Below are positions 12,501 through 22,816 of a stretch of DNA of 64,000 nt, piece by piece. Origin of the DNA: Squalus acanthias (lineage: Eukaryota); NCBI GenBank assembly GCA_030390025.1, contig CM059441.1, positions 62,496,001-62,560,000 of the forward strand, in the 5' to 3' direction. How positions within the stretch are numbered: position 1 is the first letter of the stretch; each line of letters begins with the position of its first letter. The translations under genes were made by a program, and so were the position numbers. Under the pieces are notes generated by a model. The model had not been told where the DNA came from. It did no database searches and saw only the letters and a program-made list of their open reading frames with translations.

Positions 12501-12859
12501 GCTGGAACTTAGATTCAGGATCAGTACCAATCGCACAGACTGAAGCCTCGCCGAATGTGTGGTGTGGTGGTTAATGTTTGACAGCCACAGATCCCTGATG
12601 TGGGTGAGAGTTTGAACCACAAGGGCCTCTCAGTGGGATTGCTGTGTGTTTGTGTGCACTTTTCGGTCAGAAACAGTCCATGATAAAAGGAACAGTCTGT
12701 GGTTTCACAGCTTAATTTTTTTTATCAACAACTTGACAGCCACTGCACCAAATAAGGACTGAAAAATCCAGCCCCCAGGATTCCCATCCTCTCAAACACA
12801 GATTAGCTGTGTTGACACTTACCCTGTGACCACTCCCACATCGCTTCTTGTCTGGTGCA

Positions 12860-14095
12860 GTAGACTGCTTCACGACGACATGCAAGCCGTGATCCTGACC
12901 AACTGTTCCACCACAGACCCAATTCACGTACGGACCGGGGTCAAGCAAGGCTGTGTCATCGCACCAACGCTCTTCTCGATCTTCCTTACTGCAATGCTCC
13001 ATCTCACCCTCAGTAAGCTCCCCGCTGGAGTGGAGCTAATTTACAGAACAAACGGGAAACTGTTCAACCTCCGTCACCCCCAGTCCAGATCCAAGGTCGT
13101 CCCATCCTCTGTCATCGAATGACAGTATGCAGACAATGCTTGCGTCTGCGCACACTAGGAGATTGAACTCCAAACCATCATCAACACCTTCACCGAAGCG
13201 TACGAGAACATGTGCCTTACACTAAACATCCGTAAGACAAAGGTCCTCTACCAACCTGCCCCCGCCACACAGTACTGCCCCCCGCTTATCAAAATCCACG
13301 ACAAGGTCTTGGACAACATGGACCACTTTCCATACCTCGGGAGCCTACTGTCAACAACTGCCTTCAGTGTGCCAGTGCAGCCTTCGGTCGCCTGAGGAAG
13401 AGAGTATTTGAAGACCAGTCCTCAAACCCGGCACTAAGCTCATGGTCTACAGAGTAGCAGTGATACCCGCCCTGCTGTATGCCTCAGAGACATGGACCAT
13501 GTACAGCAGGCACCTCAAAGCACTGGAGAGGTACCACCAATGCTGCCTCCGCAAGATCCTGCAAATCCATTGGCAGGATAGGCGTACCAACGTCAGTGTT
13601 CTTGCTCAGGCCAACATCCCCAGCATCGAAGCTTTGACCACGCTCGATCAGTTCCGATGGACGGGTCACATCGTCCGCATGCCCAATACGAGACTCCCAA
13701 AACAAGCGCTCTACTTGGAGCTCCGGCACGGCAAGAGAGCCCCAGGTGGGCAGAGGAAACGCTTCAAGGACACCCTCAAAGCCTCCTTGAAAAAGTGCAA
13801 CATCCCCACTGACACCTGGGAATCCCTGGCCCAAGACCGCACAAAGCGGAGGAGAAGCATCCGGGAAGGCGCCGAACACCTCGAGTCTCTTCACCGGGAG
13901 CAAGCGGAAGCCAAGCGCAAGCAGCGCAAGGAGCGCACGTCAACCCAAACACCCCACCCACCCGCCCCTTCAACCGCCGTCTGCCCCACCTGTGACAGAG
14001 ACTGTAGGTCCTGCATTGGATTCATCAGTCACCTGAGAACTCATTTTTAGTGTGGAAGCAAGTCATCCTCGGTTCCGAGGGACTGCCTTAGAGAG
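12860..14095 (+). mobile_element. RTE-clade LINE, 5'-truncated and degenerate
   Basis: RT motifs GVKQGCVIAPTLFSIF and YAD; LLYASETW..LRKILQIHWQD..RWTGHIVRM..RLPKQ..GGQRKRFKD; C-terminal CPTCDRDC..HLRTH zinc finger; stops and frameshifts. Confidence 0.93.
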
Positions 14096-14282
14096 AGAAA
14101 GAGAAAACTAATCGCCTACGATCCCGTTCAACTGAACACTTCCAGGTTTACATCAGTGAGCGGAAGTGGATCAAACTAACTGCTCGTCCGACAGGATTCA
14201 ACCTGCAACCCAGGGTGATTCTTCAGTAAGTAGAACCAAAGTGTTTTCATCCTCGGATAAAATCCCCTGTCCCTGAATATCT

Positions 14283-15100
14283 TCATGTGTGTGTGTGTGT
14301 GTCAGTGAGTGTGTGTGAGTGAGTGTGTCTGTGTGTGAGTGAGTGTGTGTGTGTCAGTGAGTGAGAGAGTGTCAGTGAGTTAGTGTGTCTCTGTGTGCAA
14401 GTGTGTGTGAGAGTGAGTGTGTGTGTATCTGTTTGTGTTGGAGTGTGTGTGAGTGAGTGTCTTTGTGTGTGTGTGTGAGAGTGAGTGTGTGTGTGTGTCA
14501 GTGAGTGAGACTGTGTCAGTGAGTGAGTATGTCTGTGTGTGTGAGTGTGTGTGTGAGAGTGAGTGAGTGTGTGTGTATATCTGTTTGTGTTAGAGTGTGT
14601 GTGAGTGAGTGTGTGAGTGAGAGTGAGTGTGTCTGTGTGCATAAGTGTGAGTGAGTGTGTCTGTGTCAGTGAGTGAGTGTGTGTCAGTGAGTGAGTATGT
14701 CTGTGTGTGCAAGTGTGTGTGTGAGAGTGAGTGTGTGCGTATCTGTTTGTGTTAGTGTATGAGTGAGTGTCTTTGTGTGTGAGAGTGAGTGAGTGTGTGT
14801 GTGTTAGTGTGTGTCAGTGAGTGTGTGTCAGTGAGTGTCTGTCTGTGTGTGCAAGTGTGTGTGTAAGTGTGTGTGTGAGTGAGTGAGTGAGTGAGTGTGT
14901 GTATCTGTGTTAGAGTGTGTGTGAGTGAGTGTCTTTGTGTGTGTGAGTGAGAGTGAGTGTGTGTGTGTCAGTGAGTGAGAGTGAGTGAGTGAGTGTGTGT
15001 GTCAGTGAGTGAGTGTTTGTGTGTGTGTGTGAGATAGAGTGTGTCAGTGAGTGTGAGAGTGTGTGTGTGCATGTGAGAGTGAATGTGTATATGTATGTGA
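14283..15100. repeat. (GT)/(GAGT) microsatellite
   Basis: Directly visible. Confidence 0.95.
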
Positions 15101-15228
15101 TGGGGGTCTCAAGATAATTGGCTGAGCAATTAACCCATTGTTAGTTAAAATGTGATCTTCCTGCCATTGCAGCCACCAGTCTCTTTGAAAATGATGCCAG
15201 GATTGTTTCCCCTACTCTATCAGTGAGT

Positions 15229-15576
15229 GCAGAGGAAACGCTTCAAGGACACCCTCAAAGCCTCCTTGAAAAAGTGCAACATCCCCACCGACACCTGGGA
15301 ATCCCTGGCCCAAGACCACACAAAGTGGAGGAGAAGCATCCGGGAAGGCGCCGAACACCTCGAGTCTCTTCGCCGGGAGCAAGTGGGAACCAAGCGCAGG
15401 CAGCGCAAGGAGCGCACGTCAACCCAAGCACCCCACCCACTCGTCCCTTCAACCACCGTCTGCCCCACCTGTGACAGAGACTGTAGGTCCCACATTGGAC
15501 TCATCAGTCACCTGAGAACTCATTTTTAGTGTGGAAGCAATTCATCCTCGGTTCCGAGGGACTGCCTAAGAAGAAA
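15229..15576 (+). mobile_element. RTE LINE 3' fragment with 10-bp target-site duplication
   Basis: Near-identical to 13750-14090; ATCAGTGAGT at 15219-15228 and 15577-15586. Confidence 0.93.
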
Positions 15577-15699
15577 ATCAGTGAGTTCATTCCAAGTGTC
15601 GATCTTCCATTGTGTAAAGATTTTGCTGGCTTCAGTCCTAAATTTAACTTCTACCAGTTTGAACCTGTGTCCCCTTGTCTTTCTCTAACAATTCAATTT

Positions 15700-17410
15700 A
15701 AATGAACACAAAAAACCTCCCTGGGATATCGGGAAAAATAGGGACATTGGCAAAGGAGGAACTGATGCAAATCAATATCTCTAAGGATATGGTGTTAAGG
15801 AAGCTAAAGGGATTGAAGGCGGACAAATCCCCAGGGCCTGATAACATGCATCCTAGGGTACTGAAGGAGGTGGCCCTAAAGATAGCGGATGCACTAAGTA
15901 TGATTTTTCAGAATTCATTAGACTCGGGAACAGTGCCCATGGATTGGAGGGTAGCTAACGTTACCCCACTATTCAAAAAGGGGGGTAGGGAAAAAGCAGG
16001 TAATTACAGACCTGTAAGCCTTACATCAGTTGTGGGCAAAATGCTGGAGTCCATCATTAAGGATGAAATAGCGGAGCACTTAGCAAATGGGGACAGGATA
16101 GGACAGAGTCAACATGGATTTACAAAGGGTAAATCGTGCTTGACTAATCTATTGGAATTTTTTGAGGGAGTAACTGGTAAAATAGATGGGGGAGAGCCAG
16201 TAGATGTGGTGTACCTGGACTTCCAAAAGGCCTTCGATAAGGTCCCACATAAAAGATTAACATGGAAAATTGAAGCTCATGGGATAAAGGGGAAAGTATT
16301 GACGTGGATAGAGAACTGGCTGTCAGATAGAAAACAGAGAGTTGGAATAAACGGCTCATTTTCTGAATGGCAGGCAGTAACAAGTGGGGTACCACAGGGA
16401 TCTGTCCTGGGTCCCCAGCTGTTCACAATTTACATTAATGACCTGGATCAGGGAGTCGGATGCAGCATTTCCAAATTTGCAGACGACACTAAACTAGGAG
16501 GGGGGGTGGGCTCAGAGGAGGAGACCAGGAAGCTCCAGAGCGATTTGGACAGACTGGGTGATTGGGCGGATAAAAGGCAGATGCACTATAATGTGGACAA
16601 GTGCGAAGTTATCCACCTTGGGTGCAGGAACGGGAGGGCAAATTATTATTTAAATGGCAATAAATTGGGAGAGGGGGAAGTACAGAGAGACCTGGGTGTT
16701 CTTGTACACCAGTCACTGAAGGCGAGCATGCAGGTGCAACAGGCGGTCAAGAAGGCAAATGGTATGCTGGCCTTCATAGCAAAAGGGTTGGAATACAGGA
16801 ACAGGGATACCTTGCTGCAGCTGTACAGAGCAATGGTGAGACCACACCTCGAGTACTGTGTACAGTTTTGGTCGCCTCATCTGAGGAAAGATGTTCTTGC
16901 CATGGAGGGGGTGCAGCGGCGATTCACCAGGCTGATACCAGGAATGGCGGGATTGACCTATGAGGAGAGACTATGTAGTTTAGGGATGTACACACTGGAG
17001 TTTAGAAGATTGAGAGGGGACCTCATAGAAGTGTATAAAATTCTGACAGGTCTAGACAGACTAGATGCAGAAGGAATGTTTCCCTTGGCGGGTGAGAACA
17101 GAACTAGAGGACATAATTTAAGGATAAGGGCTAAACCATTTAGGACAGAAATGAGGGGGAATTTCTTCACTCAGAGGGTGGTGAACCTGTGGAGCTCATT
17201 GCCACAGAGGGCAGTGTACGCCAGCTCATTAAATATATTTAAGAGGGAATTAGATATATTTCTACAGGCAAAAGGGGTTAAGGGTTACGGAGAGAAGGCG
17301 GGGACGGGATACTGAATTGGAGGATCAGCCATGATCTCATTAAATGGCGGAGCAGGCTCGAAGGGCCGGATGGCCTACTCCTGCTCCTATCTTCTATGTA
17401 TCTATGTATT
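15700..17410 (+). mobile_element. Young CR1 LINE, 5'-truncated, with an uninterrupted 537-aa RT-containing ORF
   Basis: KSPGPD, NYRPVSLTS, QHGF..KSCLTNL, YLDFQKAFDKVPH, GVPQGSVLGP, KFADDTKL; CR1 3' UTR and tail; no endonuclease domain. Confidence 0.96.
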
Positions 17411-17793
17411 CCAGATTTCCTTATCCATTCCCTGGTCAATCATGGGAATAGGAGGAGGCCATTCAGCCCCTCGAGCCTGTTCTGACATTCAATTCGATCA
17501 TGGAGGATCTGCAATCCAAGGAAGATTGAGAGAAGCACTACATGAAACATTTCAATCTTTCTCTGCTTGCTGCCAGGTACAATTTACTTTCTGAGCTGAA
17601 TTCAGGAAATTGGATTCATTCTAGCCCTTGGATTGAGAGAGCAGCCACTTAATGAAAGGGAACAGATTTGTCCTTCAATCATAGAGTGAGCAGATATAGA
17701 ATCATAGAATCATACAGCACAGAAGGAGGGCGTGCGGCCCATCGTACCTTTTGAAAGTTACCATTGAATCTGCTTTCAACTTTTTTCTTTCAG

Positions 17794-17939
17794 TCTTGGG
17801 TGGAGATTTGGAGCAGATGAATTGCTCCTTGAGGTTCAACAATCTCAGACCGGATGACAGTACCGTGTATTACTACTATGTGGATTTCCAGGGCTTCAAG
17901 GATCGTACTTTCACAGACCCGTCCAGCTGCAGGTTGCCC
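17794..17939 (+). pseudogene. Remnant of a Siglec-type V-set exon (strands D-G)
   Basis: LGGDLEQMNCSLRFNNLRPDDSTVYYYYVDFQGFKDRTFTD, then after a 1-nt shift VQLQVA|GTAAGT (phase 1). GD-xxx-NCSL and D-xxx-Y match the Siglec V pattern. Confidence 0.75.
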
Positions 17940-18119
17940 GTAAGTCGCAGTTTCTTTTATCTTGGTTGTTCGGTCACTTTGCTGGAACAGGTTGCAGGAT
18001 GTCAACGAGGGGAATGCAAAAAATGTTTCCAAAACATTGCCCTCGGCAACTGCATCAGGAGCAGTCCTTCCCTTTTTGAGACACTCTAGGGTCAAGATTG
18101 ACCAGACGATGAGATAATC

Positions 18120-18600
18120 ATACGGAGGTTAATGGGCTTTATAAATAGAGGCACAGAGTACAAAAGCAAGGAAGACATCCTAAACCCTTTGTATATCACT
18201 GGTTAGGCCCCAGCTGGAATACTGTGTCCAATTCTGCTCACCACACACTTTAGGAAAGATGCCAAGGCCAAAGAGAGGGTGCAGAGATTATTTACCAGAA
18301 TGGTTCTAGCGAAGAGGGACTTCAGTTATGTGGAGAGACTTAGAGAAACTGGGATTGTTCTTCTTAGAGCAGAGAAGTTCAAAGGGAGATTTAATAGAGG
18401 TGTACAAAATGATGAAGGATATTGATAGAGTAAATAAGGAGAAATTGTTTCCACTGGCAGGAGGGTCGGTCGGTAACCAGAGCACACAGCTTTAAGATGA
18501 TTGGCAAAGGAATCAGGAGGAGAGTTATTTTCATGCAGTGAGTTGTTGTGATCTGGAATGCACTGCCTGAAAGGATGGTGGAAGCAGATTCAATAGTAAT
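18120..18600 (+). mobile_element. Old CR1 LINE fragment
   Basis: Degenerate ORF2 C-terminus (LVRPQLEYCVQF..GDLIEVYKMMK). Confidence 0.8.
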
Positions 18601-18659
18601 CTACCTTGGGTTCACTCTTTTTTTAAACTCATTCTCGGGATGTGGGCATCGCTGGCAAG

Positions 18660-19490
18660 GCTGAGGGAGCGCTACATTGTCGGAGGGGCAGTACTGAGGG
18701 AGCGCTGCACTGTCGGAGGGGCAGTACTGAGGGAGCGCTGCACTGTCGGAGGGGCAGTACTGAGGGAGCGCTGCACTGTCGGAGGGGCAGTACTGAGGGA
18801 GCGCTGCACTGTCAGATGGGCAGTACTGAGGGAGTGCTGCACTGTCGGAGGGGCAGTACTGAGTGCTGCACTGTCGGAGGGGCAGTACTGAGGGAGCGCT
18901 GCACTGTCGGAGGGGCAGTACTGAGGGAGCGCTGCACTGTCAGAGGGGCAGTACTGAGGGAGCACTTCACTGTCGGAGGGGCAGTACTGAGCGCTGCACT
19001 GTCGGAGGGGCAGTACTGAGGGAGCGCTACACTGTCGGAAGGGGCAGTACTGAGCGCTGCACTGTTGGAGGGGCAGTACTGAGGGAGCGCTACATTGTCG
19101 GAGGGGCAGTACTGAGGGAGCACTTCACTGTCGGAGGGGCAGTATTGAGGGAGTGCTGCACTGTCGGAGGGGCAGTACTGAGGGTGTGCTGCACTGTCGG
19201 AGGGGCAGTACTGAGGGAGCGCTGCACTGTCGGAGGGGCAGTTCTGAGGGAGCGCTGCACTGTCGGAGGGGCAGTACTGAGGGAGCGCTGCACTGTCGGA
19301 GGGGCAGTACTGAGGGAGCACTTCACTGTCGGAGGGGCAGTACTGAGGTGTTGTCTTTCAGATGAGACATTAAACCCGAGGCCCCGTCTGCCCTCTCAGT
19401 TGGATGTAAAAGATCCCATGACCACTATTTAGAAGAGCAGGGGGGACTTCTCACTTGTGTCTTGGGGCAAATATTTATCCCCCAACCAGC
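18660..19490 (+). repeat. Deu-SINE with ~21 units of the 33-bp minisatellite
   Basis: Array 18660-19350 followed by SINE body. Confidence 0.9.
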
Positions 19491-19584
19491 TCTGGAGTAG
19501 GGACGTGAACCCACAACCTTGTGCCTCAGAGGCAAGAGAGAGAGAGTGCGAAACCCACTGAACCCTGGTGGAAATTGCATGTCA

Positions 19585-19945
19585 ACTTCTGACAGGGCTA
19601 GACAGACTGGATGCAGGGAGGATGTTTCACCTGGCTGGGGGGTCTAGAACGAGGGGTCACAGTCTCAGGATACGGGCTAGGACATTTAGGACTGAGATGA
19701 GGAGAAATGTCTTCACTCAGAGGGTGGTGAACCTGTGGAATTCTCTACCACAGAAGGCTGTGGAGGTCAAATCACTGAATATATTTAAGGAGGAGATAGA
19801 TAGATTTCTAGATACGAAAGGCATCAAGGGGCATGGGGAGAGAGCGGGAATATGGTATTGAGATAGAGGATCAGCCATGATCATATTGAATGGCGGAGCA
19901 GGCTCGAATGGCCTACTCCTGCTCCTATTTTTCGATGTTTCTATG
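19585..19945 (+). mobile_element. CR1 LINE 3' fragment
   Basis: LTGLDRLDAGRMF..FTQRVVNLWNSLP plus 3' UTR. Confidence 0.9.
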
Positions 19946-20041
19946 CCCAGCTTTGAGCAGAAATATTGTCAGTGTCAGGACATAAAAGAGGAACAGTTTT
20001 CTTATAGCGCAAGACAAAGTGATGTTATCTCACTTGTTTTG

Positions 20042-20168
20042 CACTTCCTTATTTGACTCACAGTGAAACAATGATACTTTCTAATTTAATACACACAGCA
20101 GCACAGGAAGAGATCATACAGCCCGTATTGGCAATTACTCGACAGGCAAGCAGTCGGACAGGCCCTGG
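20042..20168 (+). promoter_or_regulatory. Candidate promoter and non-coding exon 1 of gene A
   Basis: ETS core CACTTCCT 20042-20049, AP-1 TGACTCA 20054-20060, AT-rich box ~20078-20092, CAGGAAG 20104-20110, donor TGG|GTAAGT after 20168. All are conserved in the gene B counterpart. Confidence 0.55.
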
Positions 20169-20359
20169 GTAAGTAAGGCAATGATTGTAATTAACTTCCA
20201 TGACCAACGCCGTCCTTTGTTGGTGTTCTGACTTTATAAAGACAGATTCCAATGATTGATGCCTTCTCAAGATTTCTACTTATTACTGAGATCTGGGTTT
20301 AGGGCTCAAGTCTGCCGTACAGGACATCTTTCTAGTTATATAGGGACGAGGGAAGTCCA

Positions 20360-21775
20360 GGGACTTGAGCCAGGGATCCAGGCCGACACTCCCAGTGCAA
20401 GTACTGAGGGAGCGCTCCACTACACTGTCAGAGGGGCAGTACTGAGGGAGCGCTGCGCTGTTGGAGGGGCAGTACTGAGGGAGCACTGCACTGTCGGAGG
20501 GGCAGTACTGAGGGAGCGCTGCACTGTCGGAGGGGCAGTACTGAGGGAGTGCTGCACTGTCGAGAGGCAGTACTGAGGGAGCGCTGCACTGTCGGAGGGG
20601 CAGTACTGAGGGACTGCTGCACTGTCAGAGGGGCAGTACTGAGGGAGCGCTGCACTGTCGGAGGGGCAGTACTGAGAGAGCGCTGCACTGTCGAGGGGCA
20701 GTACTGAGGGAGCGCTGCACTGTCGGAGGGGCAGTACTGAGGGAGCGCTGCACTGTCGGAGGGGCAGTACTGAGGGAGCGCTGCACTGTCGGAGGGGCAG
20801 TACTGAGGGAGTGCTGCACTGTCGAGAGGCAGTACTGAGGGATCGCTGCACTGTCGGAGGGGCAGTACTGAGGGACTGCTGCACTGTCAGAGGGGCAGTA
20901 CTGAGGGAGCGCTGCACTGTCGGAGGGGCAGTACTGAGAGAGCGCTGCACTGTCGAGGGGCAGTACTGAGAGAGCGCTGCACTGTCGGAGGGGCAGTACT
21001 GAGGGAGCGCTGCACTGTCGGAGGTGCAGTACTGAGGGAGCGCTGCACTGTCGGAGGGGCAGTACTGAGGGAGTGCTGCACTGTCGGAGGGGCAGTACTG
21101 AGGGAGCGCTGCACTGTCGAGGGGCAGTACTGAGGGAGTGCTGCACTGTCGGAGGGGCAGTACTGATGGAGCGCCGCACTGTCGGAGGGGCAGTACTGAG
21201 GGAGTGCTGCACTGTCGGAGGGGCAGTACTGAGGGAGCGCTGCACTGTCGGAGGGGCAGTAAAGAGGGAGCGCTGCACTGTCGGAGGGGCAGTACTGAGG
21301 GAGCGCTGCACTGTCGAGGGGCAGTACTGAGGGAGGGCTGCACTGTCGGAGGGGCAGTACTGAGGGAGGGCTGCACTGTCGGAGGGGCAGTACTGAGGGA
21401 GCACTGCACTGTCGGAGGGGCAGTACGGAGTTGCCGTCTGTTGGATGTTGGAGTTGCCGTCTTTTGGATGAGACGTAAAACCGAGGCACTGTCAGCCCTC
21501 TCAGGTGGATGTAAAAGATCCCACAGCACTATTTGGAAGAGGAGCAGGGAATTTCTCCCTGGTGTACTGACCAGTATTTTTTCCTCAACCAACATCAAAA
21601 ATAGATCGTCTGGCCATTTATCACACAGCTGTTTGTGGGACTTTGCTGTGCGCAATTTGGCTTCCACATTTCCTACATGTGACAGTGACTAAACTTCAAA
21701 AGTGCTTCATTGGCTGTAAAACACTTTGGGACGTCCTGAGTTCATGAAAGGCATTATAGAAATGCAAGCATTTCT
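20360..21775 (+). repeat. Deu-SINE with ~31 units of the 33-bp minisatellite (gene A intron 1)
   Basis: Array ~20400-21425 plus complete SINE 3' body. Confidence 0.92.
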
Positions 21776-21974
21776 TTGTTTTTCTTTCTTCAAGCTTTGT
21801 AACTCACTGCAGAGCACCTATCATCTGACAAAGAATCAAATTAGTCTGTGAAGACATTGTCTAAAAGCCGTTTCAATCTCCCGAGAGCTGTTGGGCGAGA
21901 GGTGAGATCTCATTTACTCCTTTCTGTTTCAGACTTAGAGAGTGAGAAGTTGATGAAACATCTGGGAGCGGACA

Positions 21975-22014
21975 ATGGTCAGGAAATCTTACTTTATCCT
22001 GTCACTTCTCCAAG
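21975..22014 (+). CDS. Gene A (Siglec-like) leader exon
   Basis: Acceptor tttctgtttcag| (exon starts 21933), MVRKSYFILSLLQ, phase-1 donor CAAG|GTAATA. Joins in frame to AVLSQEW of the V exon. Confidence 0.85.
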
Positions 22015-22109
22015 GTAATATCATCGTCAGCTCGGAGATCTTTATCTATAATAATCTTTGCAAAAGATCATTCTTATTGAGCTATGATTGGGGACCAAAT
22101 TCAGCAGAG

Positions 22110-22410
22110 ACCCAGTGTATTAACTCGCACCAAGTCCCGTTCACCCATCACCCTTTGTGCTCGCTGACCTACATTGGCTCCTGGTCCAGTAGCACCTGAA
22201 ATTTAAAATTCTCACCCCTGTGTTTAAAGCCTTCCATGGCCTCGCCATCCCTCACCCCCTCCCTATCTCTGTAACCTCCTCCAGCCCTACAACCCTCCGA
22301 GATCTCTACGTTCCACCAATTCTGGTCTCTTGTGCCTTCCCGATTTCATCACTCCACCAATGGCAGCCGTGCCTTCGCCATCTAGTCCCGAAGCTCTGGA
22401 ACTCCCTTCC
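22110..22410 (+). mobile_element. L2-like LINE fragment (counterpart at ~56320-56650 in gene B)
   Basis: LADLHWL..FKIL..FK..HGLA-type coding remnant. Confidence 0.7.
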
Positions 22411-22816
22411 TAACGCTTGGGGTTGGAAAAGAGGCCAGAATTGGTAGAGCACAGAGATCTTAATTTTAGTGAGAAGTCACCATAACCACAACACAGCAGC
22501 ACTTAGAACAGACAAACATCTACTGGCGCTAACGGGAGGCGCTAAGGGGACGAATTTTTTCACCAATGAATCATAGAATTTTACAGCCGAGAAGACCATT
22601 TGGCCCATCGTGCCTGTGCCGGCTCTTTGAAAGTGCTGTCGAATTAGTCCCAAACCCCACTCTTTCCCCACAGCACTGCAAATATAATGTAGATCACAAC
22701 AAGTCGCTGTGTGAAATAAAATTTAGGCTGACTGCTCAGTGATGATTAGGCTCCAAGACAAGGCGAGTTGTTCAGATCTGGAAAGCACTGCATGAAAGGG
22801 TAGTGGAAGCAGATTC

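Larger units (their letters stand above)
14108..17939 (+). pseudogene. psi-E: decayed Siglec-like gene, inverted twin of gene D
   Basis: Candidate exon 1 ending at 14225 (|GTAAGT); leader remnant 17553-17576 (IFLCLLP|GT); half V-set exon 17794-17939. Confidence 0.6.
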
